Below are positions 10,484-19,777 of a stretch of DNA of 64,000 nt, piece after piece (positions within the stretch are counted from its first letter, which is position 1; each line of letters begins with the position of its first letter). The notes beneath the pieces are model-generated. The model had not been told where the DNA came from. It ran no database searches and saw only the letters and a list, made by a program, of their open reading frames with translations. The translations under genes were made by a program, and so were the position numbers. This DNA comes from a virus. Location: IMG/VR virus record IMGVR_UViG_3300025645_000048, positions 25,306-89,305 of that record; one strand, 5' to 3'.

Positions 10484-10655
10484 TTTTATAATCTAAATAA
10501 AAGCCTATAGCTACAATCACATTCATTCCTATTGAAGATACTAACTCAATTAAGTCATGAAAACTATGAATTGATAAATGTATGTGCCCTACAATCCAAA
10601 AAGGTATTGCTAAGTTCTGGCTTATCCAAATAAGAGTAAACTTAATAAACCTCAT
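10434..10655 (-). CDS. Small membrane protein
   Basis: Two hydrophobic segments. Confidence 0.6.
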   Translation of the reverse strand: MRFIKFTLIWISQNLAIPFWIVGHIHLSIHSFHDLIELVSSIGMNVIVAIGFYLDYKNDRATNTKQKNKRTRG

Positions 10656-10656
10656 A

Positions 10657-11904
10657 TTACAAATTTAGTAAATCCTTTTTGAAATGATTAAGGGTGTAAT
10701 CTTTCTTCTTTATAACACTCTTGTATATGTCATCCTCAATACCACCCTCAGAAAATACCCAGTATATTTTATTATACAACCTATCTTTTGTGGTCATTCT
10801 GTCTCTTGATTGCCAGTAACTTGTAGCACTAAAGTCTATATTGTAATATACCAAGGCTTGTGCATTTTTTAAACTTATACCCTCTCTTCCTGAAACTATT
10901 TGTAGTGCAATACTTTTATTAGTAGTGTTAAACTCTTCTAGTTCTGTACACAAACCTTTACGATATACTTTTTTTAAAGCATTTAACTCTTCTTTAAACT
11001 TATAAAATATAGCAATCTTTTTACTTCTAAATTGTTTTCTGATAAATTCTGCCTTAGATAAATCTATAACCATAGACTCTCCACTTTCAAATTTAACTGT
11101 ACCAGAATACAGTTGATGTAATTTTGACATAAGCTTTACTGCTGTGTCTGCCAATATTACATTCTCCGATCCTTCAACAACCCTATCTTTGGTAAGCCTT
11201 CTTACTAATGATTTTATCACACTAGTAAGTGGAACATGTAAAACTTCTTCATCAGTGTTAACTTTAAACCCAGCTTCTTTCTGAGTATATGCAATTGTAT
11301 ATGGTTTCATATCATCGAGTATTGATTGTAACCCATGACTCCAGTCATTTATAGTCATGGCTCCTATTTTTTTTTGTTTAACTTGTACATATTGTTTAGC
11401 AAACTTGTAAAAACTTTTATATTGATTAAAAGGATTATTTCTAATAGCATAAACCTGGTGGTACATTTGTGAGTAAGATTCTGGTGTTGGTGTACCAGAT
11501 AAAAGAATTACATATGGATTATGTTTTAATATAAACTCTTTAACTGTCTTGGCTCTAAGGCTAGGTTTTGGAAATGCACCCATCGAATGTGCCTCATCAC
11601 AAACTATTAAGTCCCACTTTGTCTCATGAGACACTTTATGTAGGCTTTCGTAATTTATTATAGTAATATTATAGGAAGGATTAAGCATATCATAATCTCC
11701 TTGTATACTGGAGATTGCTTTTTTCTTTGTAATAAATAAGAGGTTATGAACTGGAAGAGCAAGACTCATAGCCAAACTTGTCAAGGTTTTACCAGTCCTA
11801 ACCTCCATAGCAAGATACAAAAATCCATGTTTTTTTAAAACCTCTGTACCTTTTTCTACGATGTCAGATTGATATTGTCTTAATTTCATATTATGTCTTT
11901 GCAT
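10657..11904 (-). CDS. SF2 (SNF2-like) DEAH helicase
   Basis: LRQYQ, RTGKT, DEAH, LSGTP, GREGISL, Q..DR motifs. Confidence 0.9.
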   Translation of the reverse strand: MQRHNMKLRQYQSDIVEKGTEVLKKHGFLYLAMEVRTGKTLTSLAMSLALPVHNLLFITKKKAISSIQGDYDMLNPSYNITIINYESLHKVSHETKWDLIVCDEAHSMGAFPKPSLRAKTVKEFILKHNPYVILLSGTPTPESYSQMYHQVYAIRNNPFNQYKSFYKFAKQYVQVKQKKIGAMTINDWSHGLQSILDDMKPYTIAYTQKEAGFKVNTDEEVLHVPLTSVIKSLVRRLTKDRVVEGSENVILADTAVKLMSKLHQLYSGTVKFESGESMVIDLSKAEFIRKQFRSKKIAIFYKFKEELNALKKVYRKGLCTELEEFNTTNKSIALQIVSGREGISLKNAQALVYYNIDFSATSYWQSRDRMTTKDRLYNKIYWVFSEGGIEDDIYKSVIKKKDYTLNHFKKDLLNL

Positions 11905-13076
11905 TTATTAACCACTGCTTGAACAACATCTACAGTCACTGCATTCCCACACATCTTATATCTTTGAGTGTTGCTTACCTTTTTAGTCACCCCATCATAT
12001 ATACCATACTCAGTCCAGTTATCAGGAAATCCTTGTAGTCTTTCACACTCTATAGGTGTCAGTCTTCTTATAGATTCATTTTCTATTATGCCATTGGGTT
12101 CAGAGGACCTTAAAGTAAATGCATCCTCACCATCAGATTTAACTGCATTACCAAATTTATCTGAATTGCCTAGTTGTGTTGGCACAACTATACTATCTAA
12201 TGGACTTGTTGTTACTGCATTAGCCACATTATCTTTTCTTGTTTCTAAATCTTTACCATTATCTCTTGTTCTCAATGCACCAGATAAAACTAAAGGAGGC
12301 ATGGTGCTAATATCTTTTTCACTGTGTCTTCTTGCAGATAGACAAGGGCTATCACCCTCAGTTCTTATTCGTAGTCCTTCATCATTTCTGTAGTCTGCAG
12401 CTCTTACTATCTTAGGATCTTTATAGTCTCTTGACAACAAAGCTGGTGCAGTATCTTTAAAACCAAACTCTCTTTCAGAAAAGTTACTTACCTGGGCTAC
12501 TCCTTTTTGTATTCCTTGAGTCTTGCTTGAGCTGATTTCGATAGGAAAAACTCCTTTCCAATCTCTTGGGGGGTTTGCAGAATATCCGACAAGGTAGATT
12601 CTCTCTCTGTTTTGGGGTAGAAACCACGATGTATTACACAATTGCCATTCAAGTCTATAACCCCCAATGTTGGTAAAGGCTTGGAGGATTGCCGCAAAAT
12701 CTCTGCCATCGTTTGAGCTGAATGTTCCTTTAACATTTTCCCAGATAAAAATTCCTGGTCGGCATTCATCAATGAGTCTAATCGCTTCAAGGATAAGGCT
12801 CGATCTATCTCCTCCCATCCCTTTACGATTTCCAGCGACACTAAAGTCTTGGCAAGGGCTTCCAAAGGTGATAGCGTCAATTTTTGGTAACTGTGTTCCT
12901 CGAACATCTGTAACTGATCCGACATACTTACTATTTTTAAAATTATATTTATACACTGCAATGGCATGAGCATCAACTTCTGAAAAGAAAGTTTTAACTT
13001 TATAACCCGCTTTTTCAAAACCTTTGTGAAATCCACCAATTCCTGAAAAAAGGTCTAAAACAGTGATTTTCTTCAT
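11886..13076 (-). CDS. dcm: C5 cytosine DNA methyltransferase, possibly multispecific
   Basis: DLFSGIGG, GSPCQDFS, ENV, QNRERIY, RRLTPIECERLQGFPD, GNAV motifs. Confidence 0.95.
   Translation of the reverse strand: MKKITVLDLFSGIGGFHKGFEKAGYKVKTFFSEVDAHAIAVYKYNFKNSKYVGSVTDVRGTQLPKIDAITFGSPCQDFSVAGNRKGMGGDRSSLILEAIRLIDECRPGIFIWENVKGTFSSNDGRDFAAILQAFTNIGGYRLEWQLCNTSWFLPQNRERIYLVGYSANPPRDWKGVFPIEISSSKTQGIQKGVAQVSNFSEREFGFKDTAPALLSRDYKDPKIVRAADYRNDEGLRIRTEGDSPCLSARRHSEKDISTMPPLVLSGALRTRDNGKDLETRKDNVANAVTTSPLDSIVVPTQLGNSDKFGNAVKSDGEDAFTLRSSEPNGIIENESIRRLTPIECERLQGFPDNWTEYGIYDGVTKKVSNTQRYKMCGNAVTVDVVQAVVNKCKDII
12497..12925 (-). CDS. Alternative-frame nested ORF (MSDQLQMF..., 142 aa), like the M.EcoHK31I beta subunit
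   Basis: Same-strand frame open over 543 nt inside the methylase gene; ends TLSDILQ...EFFLS..A..RL. Confidence 0.65.
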   Translation of the reverse strand: MSDQLQMFEEHSYQKLTLSPLEALAKTLVSLEIVKGWEEIDRALSLKRLDSLMNADQEFLSGKMLKEHSAQTMAEILRQSSKPLPTLGVIDLNGNCVIHRGFYPKTERESTLSDILQTPQEIGKEFFLSKSAQARLKEYKKE

Positions 13077-13147
13077 ATTTTCTAAAATTCGGCTTTCATA
13101 GATGCGTTCTAAGAGACTTTCTCATAGTTAGTGATACCTACATACCC

Positions 13148-15559
13148 CTAAAAATCTATTTTTCCATTTTCTTCTATTTTCTGTGCATTTCTGAATACTA
13201 TCCATCTACCTCCTGCTTCTCTTCCTTCTTCAGGATCGCACTTGTGCTTGTACTGGTTGTAAGCAGTTAACCATTTATAGAACCTAGTCCTTGACACTGT
13301 CATTTTAGACTTAGGTGCAAAGTCTGGATTGTCTTCAATAAAATCAAAGTACAAGTCTTGTTTAAATATTTTTGTATTGGTTGCTAACATTTTGTTCAAA
13401 GGCATTCCATCCAGTATACCACACCATTCTATAAACTCATGACATGTTTCGGCAGATAGCCTTCTAATCTTCAAGTTAACAAATTCACTCTTAACTAAAC
13501 CATCTCTTAGGTAAAGCTGAAGACACTCAATCATAAAATTATCAAAAGCACACCACTCATCATCATTCCATTCTCCGAACATAAGTTTACCAAACTCTTT
13601 TACTGGAGTATGCTCTCTAGTATAATGTTGTGCTAATTCTAACTCCCACTTTCTTCGTTCAAATGATGAGCCTTTACCTCTAATTGCATAGTTTGTAGTT
13701 ATTGCAACCTTTGGAGATTTAGAAAAAGGAATCTTTATAGCATCTTTGTTTTTCTTTTCCAGTGTTAATCCCTCAGTAACAACTGAGAATAATCGTTCAA
13801 AGTTAAAATGCTTACTTACATCATCAAAACATAATATTTGTGTGTCTGCACTTACTAATTGATAGGCGAATGATTTCTCAAAATTAAAAGACTTACCATC
13901 TATTACAACAACCTTCTTCATGTGTGACAAAGCATTTATAAATAAACCCTTACCAGTACCACCTTCAGGAGAATCAGATATTTGTTCATCATTAAGTATT
14001 GTAGCTGGGCTATACGATAAATTTTTCCATGCATGTAGCAAATATCCTATTGTAGACCTCATTGAATTGACTCTACTCTCATCCTTACCACATATATTAG
14101 TAATAAAACTTTTATAGTCACACTCATTAGACTCACATGAAACATAAGTTCTGTCTATTACATGGTCCTTCCAAACATATCCACCTAAATCTAGGTAGTC
14201 TATTGGTGTAACACTATTGTGTGTAACCTTTACTGCACCAGATTTATAATATAAGTATGCAGTATTCTTATTGTCTTCTATAAAATACACATCAATAGAA
14301 GATAATAAAGTTAAAAACTCTTCTCTAAAATATCTTGTATGCTCTGCAAAGTAATTATAAACTGTCAAATCATCTATTTCTAACAAGTAGTTAAGAATAA
14401 AATCTTTAATCTCTTTTTCTGATGTGTGGTCTATAAGGTTGTTTGTAACCCTTACAAATACATAACTTCTACTGCCTTCAGGATTAAATTTATAAAAACC
14501 ATTCTCTTCTAAGAAACTTTTAAAAGATATGTGTACAATTTTTATAACTCCTTTATCATTCTTTGTCCAGAACTTACTATTAGATTGCTCATCCTCGAGT
14601 CTGACTAAAACATTCTCTATTGTGCCGACCTCAACATCAGACTCTTCAAGCTGGGATCGGATTTCTTTTTTTGATACACCTCTTTTTAACTTCTCTCTAA
14701 CTAAGTTAACCTTGTCTTCATCCTCATAATACTTTGTACCAAAGTTTTGTTTTTGTGCATATGCAGAAGATATAGTCCTCTTAATTTCTGTAGCACTAAA
14801 ATTTTGACTAGAAAAACTATTCATGACATACTCTGCTAGAGTCTGGTTAACACCAAAATCATTAAATGCTGCGGCCAATATATAGATGTTTTGATTTCTC
14901 TGACCTTCTATCATTGGGTACTTCTTTTGCCACCACTTAGTTAAAATGTCAACTATTTTATTCTCATCTGTTACTGGTATGGTAGGGATATCTACATGTT
15001 TTATAACCTCTGTATACTCTTGCTCTACAATTTTATCCCATGTACTTGAATTAGCATTAACATAAAGTAATGGATCATAAGACTCATAACAAACTCTAGA
15101 TATGTTTTTACAAGTTTTATCGAAATACTCTGAGTTTACATGATGTTGCAGACTTAAGAAATAATTTTTATGATTTTCTGGCTCTTTAGGAATTTTAACA
15201 ACTGCCTTTAATCCTTTGCCACTAGGTGAAATAAACAAAGCAAATATATATTTGTTTTTACTTAGCCTTTCTTTTTCCTGAAGCATGTCTTTGTTAGTCT
15301 TATAACCATCAAAGTCTAAACATATTAAGCCACTGTGACTCTGTAGTGAGGAATCATTTCTTTTTGTGAATGTCCCACTGAAACAAATGGCCGGGAGTTG
15401 TTGTTTTAATAAGTTTCTTTTTTCTTTGTCTTTCTCAGCTCGGATTCTTTTAACTAAATCTTTTGATGAGCCTTCTTGTATTCTTTTTAAGATAACATCG
15501 ACCTTTCTATAGAATGGTTGTGCTGTTTCTTTAATATCTTTAAAGATGGTGATGTCCAT
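13148..15559 (-). CDS. Primase-helicase (BT4734/VirE-N primase domain, PriCT, P-loop ATPase)
   Basis: K..LPAICFSGTF, HSGLICLDFD, SPSGKGLK, R.CY.SYDP, GQRN, GGTGKG Walker A. Confidence 0.9.
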   Translation of the reverse strand: MDITIFKDIKETAQPFYRKVDVILKRIQEGSSKDLVKRIRAEKDKEKRNLLKQQLPAICFSGTFTKRNDSSLQSHSGLICLDFDGYKTNKDMLQEKERLSKNKYIFALFISPSGKGLKAVVKIPKEPENHKNYFLSLQHHVNSEYFDKTCKNISRVCYESYDPLLYVNANSSTWDKIVEQEYTEVIKHVDIPTIPVTDENKIVDILTKWWQKKYPMIEGQRNQNIYILAAAFNDFGVNQTLAEYVMNSFSSQNFSATEIKRTISSAYAQKQNFGTKYYEDEDKVNLVREKLKRGVSKKEIRSQLEESDVEVGTIENVLVRLEDEQSNSKFWTKNDKGVIKIVHISFKSFLEENGFYKFNPEGSRSYVFVRVTNNLIDHTSEKEIKDFILNYLLEIDDLTVYNYFAEHTRYFREEFLTLLSSIDVYFIEDNKNTAYLYYKSGAVKVTHNSVTPIDYLDLGGYVWKDHVIDRTYVSCESNECDYKSFITNICGKDESRVNSMRSTIGYLLHAWKNLSYSPATILNDEQISDSPEGGTGKGLFINALSHMKKVVVIDGKSFNFEKSFAYQLVSADTQILCFDDVSKHFNFERLFSVVTEGLTLEKKNKDAIKIPFSKSPKVAITTNYAIRGKGSSFERRKWELELAQHYTREHTPVKEFGKLMFGEWNDDEWCAFDNFMIECLQLYLRDGLVKSEFVNLKIRRLSAETCHEFIEWCGILDGMPLNKMLATNTKIFKQDLYFDFIEDNPDFAPKSKMTVSRTRFYKWLTAYNQYKHKCDPEEGREAGGRWIVFRNAQKIEENGKIDF

Positions 15560-15603
15560 TTGATGTCGATTTAATTTAATTTAATTTTAACTTTTACTCT
15601 GTT

Positions 15604-15712
15604 ATGTCAATTATGTCAATATTTAATAATATATAATAATATAAAAAAATATAATACTAATTGTTATTATAGTGGTCTATAGTAAATTTTTTTTGTCATT
15701 TGTCATTTGACA
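15604..15712. promoter_or_regulatory. TGTC-repeat/AT-rich element, copy 1 (origin-like)
   Basis: ATGTCAATTATGTCAA, AT-rich spacer, TTGTCATTTGACA; matches copy at 24736-24840. Confidence 0.6.
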
Positions 15713-15809
15713 AAAGAGCAGAGAAGAGAAACCACACTCTTCTCATACCCTATTGTCTTGATTGTGAGTTAGTGTGGCTTTCGCCTCCTATTTCTCACAC
15801 CCAAACACA

Positions 15810-16106
15810 CTAAAATGGAAGATCAGGACTAACCTCTTCTTCTTTCTTTGCTACTGGTGGAGCTGGCTTTTGTTCTTTAGCCTCTGGCTTCCACTCATTA
15901 ATAGTCACATAGTGAGACTTACCATAATCATCTACACCATCTCTGTTTCTATTAACTTTTAGTTTAGTATACCATTTTCCTTCATACTGGAAACGGTGTT
16001 CTTGTGGTATTTCAGAAAGACAGACTGATATTTCTATCAAGCCACCATCAAACTTTTCAACACCTTTACCTACTTTAATGTAGTTCTTTTTAGTTGCTTC
16101 ACTCAT
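15810..16106 (-). CDS. Putative ssDNA-binding protein
   Basis: Beta-rich, acidic C-terminus ending DLPF; next to SSAP and exonuclease. Confidence 0.7.
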   Translation of the reverse strand: MSEATKKNYIKVGKGVEKFDGGLIEISVCLSEIPQEHRFQYEGKWYTKLKVNRNRDGVDDYGKSHYVTINEWKPEAKEQKPAPPVAKKEEEVSPDLPF

Positions 16107-16308
16107 TTTTTACAATTTTAATGTTTTGTTCCAAAAATTTTCTTGTTACAGAAAGAATTTGTCTTCTTTCCTTCCAACTACTACAAGTGTTTGGAACATC
16201 CACTTGTAAGTGAGTTGGTCTTGTTTTCTTTTTATATAGGTTATATAATTTGCTTATCAATAAATGTGTTAACATCATGAGTTGCCTTATCACCGAAAAA
16301 TTTCTCAT
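16099..16308 (-). CDS. Hypothetical protein (start uncertain)
   Basis: Fills gap between exonuclease and SSB genes. Confidence 0.5.
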   Translation of the reverse strand: MRNFSVIRQLMMLTHLLISKLYNLYKKKTRPTHLQVDVPNTCSSWKERRQILSVTRKFLEQNIKIVKNE

Positions 16309-17050
16309 AAATTCTAGTTGCTTGTTCTACTTTTAACTTACCTCTTTCAATAGTGTCGGCAGAAACAGGTCTCATTGACAACCTCATTGTCTGCTTGTCA
16401 ATTACAAGAAACAACATTGGTTTATTAAATAATCTTTGGTATATATAGCTTTGAGCATCATAATTATAAGTAAAAAATGAGTATCTAAACTTTGTCATAT
16501 CTGATGTAGTCTTTAAATCAATGACTGCACCATCACTATAGTCTATAACTTGCTCATTACCATCTTGGTCCTCTGCTATAACTTGAAAAGCAGAGTCAGT
16601 TACAATATCAGCTTTGCCTTTCCACATATTATTCATTATAGATTCTGTGCCAGGAACTTCAAAATTGTTGTCTCTACTATATATAATAGAACTCATTTCT
16701 AGACTATCCTTCATAGTAGCCACTAATTTGTCTAAATGCTCTTGCTCTTTTCTAAGCAAAAGTATTTCGCCTGGAGGACAAACTTCTTTGTATGCTTTAG
16801 TTGACCTAGATGCTACATCTACTATTTCATACTCTTTAATTCTATCTGGCTCAAGCATTGCAGTATGAAAGTAAGAACCTTCAATCAATGCTTTAGACTT
16901 TAAAGTGTCTTGCTTGAATAAATTAGGAGTAGTAAATAATACTCTGATGTCTGAGTATGATAAAAACTGCTTACCATAGTCACCATAATAATTGATGTCA
17001 TCTTGGAGTTTATCCAAGACTATTGCTTGTGGATCCATAGGGCTATACAT
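16241..17050 (-). CDS. RecE/exonuclease VIII-like PD-(D/E)XK nuclease
   Basis: GS.FH..LEP, KGKAD, DLKTT, Y..Q...Y motifs. Confidence 0.85.
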   Translation of the reverse strand: MYSPMDPQAIVLDKLQDDINYYGDYGKQFLSYSDIRVLFTTPNLFKQDTLKSKALIEGSYFHTAMLEPDRIKEYEIVDVASRSTKAYKEVCPPGEILLLRKEQEHLDKLVATMKDSLEMSSIIYSRDNNFEVPGTESIMNNMWKGKADIVTDSAFQVIAEDQDGNEQVIDYSDGAVIDLKTTSDMTKFRYSFFTYNYDAQSYIYQRLFNKPMLFLVIDKQTMRLSMRPVSADTIERGKLKVEQATRIYEKFFGDKATHDVNTFIDKQII

Positions 17051-17585
17051 GTTTTTTAATTTCTACTTTTACATCATCACCTATTGTGTATCCACCTTCT
17101 AAGACTTCTATTATTTTTGGCAGACCTAATTCTTTATTCTTAGCAATCCATCCTAGGACCACATCCCACTTTTCATCCTCAACTTTTAAAGTCCATTTAC
17201 CTTCTTTCTTGGTTTTTTTAATAACCTTAGTAGGTTTGTTTTGATTAGCTATAGCATTACCTACTTCATCTGCACTTGCTACAGATGTATCTAATCCTAT
17301 ACCTAAATTACCTAATGCTCTTCCCCAAGCTGAAGTCTCTGCATTTTCTACATAACTTGTTTTATTTATAAATGTAGAATTTTTAGACTCTTCGGCTAAA
17401 CCTGTAGCTAAGATTCTATCTTTATCATCTTTTATAATAGCCATGACTAGTATTGATGATTCTGTTTTCTCTATAACTTCTGTAGTTAGAGAATACTTAG
17501 GATATGTGGCTCTGAAATACTTAAGTCTTTCATGAACTTCAACATAATCCTTACCTTTAATTTTAATTGATTTTAATTTATTCAT
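17043..17585 (-). CDS. Rad52/Sak-like single-strand annealing protein
   Basis: GKDYVEV..R, ENAETSAWGRAL..LGIG; paired with exonuclease. Confidence 0.7.
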   Translation of the reverse strand: MNKLKSIKIKGKDYVEVHERLKYFRATYPKYSLTTEVIEKTESSILVMAIIKDDKDRILATGLAEESKNSTFINKTSYVENAETSAWGRALGNLGIGLDTSVASADEVGNAIANQNKPTKVIKKTKKEGKWTLKVEDEKWDVVLGWIAKNKELGLPKIIEVLEGGYTIGDDVKVEIKKHV

Positions 17586-17995
17586 AATTGTGATTTAGAT
17601 TTAATTTGATTTAATTTTCTTTTATAATTAGTGAACTTAACCATGATAGCCTCTCTTCTGTTTTTTAAATTCTGAATGTGCTTATCGTTTTTTCTGGTGT
17701 TTACTTCCTTTTTAATTCTTTCTTTAATAATGTCTAGTTTATACTGACAATTACTTAATGCTAACAAGATTACTCCAACCTTCCACCCATGGATATAAAA
17801 AAAGTCATACTCATCTTTAGTGCAGATTCTAAAATAGTCTCCACCCTTACCCATATTAAGTATCTCTATCCTATCAGTAAACTTTTGGATTTTACAACCT
17901 TTGTTTATTATAGACTCTCTATTGCTAAATTCTGTAATGATAGCTCTAGGATCTTCTTTGGCTTCATTATATATCTCAATCAGAGTTCGCATCAT
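17582..17995 (-). CDS. Hypothetical protein
   Basis: 137-aa coupled ORF. Confidence 0.65.
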   Translation of the reverse strand: MMRTLIEIYNEAKEDPRAIITEFSNRESIINKGCKIQKFTDRIEILNMGKGGDYFRICTKDEYDFFYIHGWKVGVILLALSNCQYKLDIIKERIKKEVNTRKNDKHIQNLKNRREAIMVKFTNYKRKLNQIKSKSQL

Positions 17996-18281
17996 TTGTG
18001 GCTTGGTCTATAAAATTTTTATAATCGGAATCTTGTTCAATCATTTTCTTGGCTTGATTGTAGCCATACATAATATTGGAATGAGTTATGTTGTATCCAT
18101 TTTCTTGTAAAAACCTTTGGATAAAACTAACTCTAATAGGTCTTTCTTTGCAGAGATAATATAATATCTGCCTTGCTTCGACAATGTCTTGTCTCTTTGT
18201 TTTGCTAAACATTTCATCTAATGTTAGATGGAATTGAGTGGCCACAGCTTGACTATACTTATCAAATATTTCTTTTTTCAT
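17976..18281 (-). CDS. DnaA C-terminal (domain IV)-like HTH protein
   Basis: SKTKRQDIVEARQILYYL...HSNIMYG resembles DnaA R...V.ARQ.A.YL...DH.TV. Confidence 0.7.
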   Translation of the reverse strand: MKKEIFDKYSQAVATQFHLTLDEMFSKTKRQDIVEARQILYYLCKERPIRVSFIQRFLQENGYNITHSNIMYGYNQAKKMIEQDSDYKNFIDQATNDANSD

Positions 18282-18500
18282 GTAATTTTTTTAGTAAATT
18301 AAAACCCACCTCTTGTATAACCAACACAAAACAAAATCAAACCATTAACAGATGTTGTGAGGTGGGATTTAACCTAGAATTAACTATCTAACTAACTTTT
18401 ATATAAATAGAATCTCATCATTGTCATCTTCATCTTCTGGATCTGGAGTATAATACTTTATCATTTATTGTCTTATATTTCCTCAAAACTAGACTTTTAT

Positions 18501-18701
18501 TTATTCAATACCTAATTTTTTGTTCCTTTTATTTATTGCCTTGGTAACTACATCCATACCATGCTTAAACTTACCTTCATGATTTTTTTCTAACCACTTA
18601 GTCAATGCAATCCATTTCACCTGGAGGACATTTAATTCTTCTTTTGTTTCTTCTAATTCCCACTTGCACTCGGCAAGTACATCTAAACTTGTTTTTCTCA
18701 T
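18501..18701 (-). CDS. Hypothetical protein
   Basis: Early-arm ORF with AT leader. Confidence 0.6.
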   Translation of the reverse strand: MRKTSLDVLAECKWELEETKEELNVLQVKWIALTKWLEKNHEGKFKHGMDVVTKAINKRNKKLGIE

Positions 18702-18724
18702 TTTTTTAATTTAAAGTTATATAA

Positions 18725-18889
18725 TTATTTAATTCCACCATTTTTTATTTGATTTATGATGTCATTTATTAACTGATGATTGACCGACCATTTGTTTGCT
18801 TCGGCTTCATCATAAGATTGTTCACACCTTGCCTTCATCATTTTAGACAAGATGTGTAACAACTCTACCATGATATCTTTAGGACTCAT
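18725..18889 (-). CDS. Hypothetical 54-aa protein (MSPKDIMVELL...)
   Basis: Translated manually; fills gap. Confidence 0.55.
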   Translation of the reverse strand: MSPKDIMVELLHILSKMMKARCEQSYDEAEANKWSVNHQLINDIINQIKNGGIK

Positions 18890-19175
18890 CCTCTTCTAGT
18901 TTTCCAATTGCACATACACAGATTGAATAAACATCATTATCTACTTCTAAATCTTCACACCAATCTTTCCAGACCTCATCATCGACATCTTCTCTATGCA
19001 GTCTAAACATTTTAGCTTTCTTATAGAACTCTACACCTTTGGGATAATATTTCTTTTCTATCACAAGATAAGAGTTCTTAAAGTCTTCTAGTTTTTCTTC
19101 AGCTTGTTCTCTTGCTTCGGTTTCCTTAGCAAGTAGCCCTTGTACATGCTTAATAATTTCAAATTGATTATCCAT
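18879..19175 (-). CDS. Hypothetical protein
   Basis: Early-arm ORF. Confidence 0.65.
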   Translation of the reverse strand: MDNQFEIIKHVQGLLAKETEAREQAEEKLEDFKNSYLVIEKKYYPKGVEFYKKAKMFRLHREDVDDEVWKDWCEDLEVDNDVYSICVCAIGKLEEDES

Positions 19176-19419
19176 AATTTCTTTTTAATTTTAAGTTAAT
19201 ATCTTTTTTTAAGTATTCATAGTCCATTAATTGTTCTAAAGTATAGTCATCAAGGTAAAAAACATCATATACTAATTCACCATATTTCATAACTAAGTCA
19301 ACTAAGTTTCCTATTATGTCTTGAATATTATCACCAGATGGTGTGGTCCAAGTTTCTCCATTATCTATTAATTCAGAATACTCTTGAATTACTTGATTAT
19401 ATATTTCTTCTCTATTCAT
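19168..19419 (-). CDS. Hypothetical acidic protein
   Basis: Preceded by junction repeat. Confidence 0.65.
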   Translation of the reverse strand: MNREEIYNQVIQEYSELIDNGETWTTPSGDNIQDIIGNLVDLVMKYGELVYDVFYLDDYTLEQLMDYEYLKKDINLKLKRNYG

Positions 19420-19647
19420 AATTTATTTAATTTAAGTTAATATTTCTTTCTAATTTTGTTTTATACCATTCAACATGAACAATATCATTGTTAAACATAT
19501 TGTCTGTATCTAAATCTTCTTTAGGTACATCATAGTGATATATTCCATATAACAAACCATTGTTGTTATCTTTTTTATCGGTTCTTTGTTGTTCATAATG
19601 AACTGCTAATTTTACTATCATAATTTATTTAATTTAAGTTAATATTT
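19416..19647. repeat. Perfect 30-bp direct repeat TCATAATTTATTTAATTTAAGTTAATATTT (19416-19445, 19618-19647)
   Basis: Read directly; partial copies at 19764-19780 and ~19186-19202. Confidence 0.9.
19427..19621 (-). CDS. Hypothetical protein
   Basis: Bracketed by the 30-bp repeat. Confidence 0.65.
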   Translation of the reverse strand: MIVKLAVHYEQQRTDKKDNNNGLLYGIYHYDVPKEDLDTDNMFNNDIVHVEWYKTKLERNINLN

Positions 19648-19762
19648 TTTGTACATCATAACTTAGTGCCACTAGTTCTTGAGTATCTTTTATTGATTCT
19701 AATTGATTTTTAGAATACTTATCAGTAAGATTTAGTATTCTGTTTATTGCTCTTTCTCTCAT
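19634..19762 (-). CDS. Hypothetical 42-aa protein (MRERAINRIL...)
   Basis: Translated manually; between junction repeats. Confidence 0.55.
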   Translation of the reverse strand: MRERAINRILNLTDKYSKNQLESIKDTQELVALSYDVQKILT

Positions 19763-19777
19763 ATTATTTAATTTAAG

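Noticed and set aside
11968-12969. Plus-strand ORFs inside the methylase, and similar antisense ORFs (e.g. 25045-25383, 54018-54380, 57280-57888)
   Set aside because: Antisense shadows of codon-biased genes with low-complexity translations and no leaders
14608-14680. CG-rich patch in the primase suggesting another overprinted gene
   Set aside because: Alternative frame is only ~20 codons with no convincing leader
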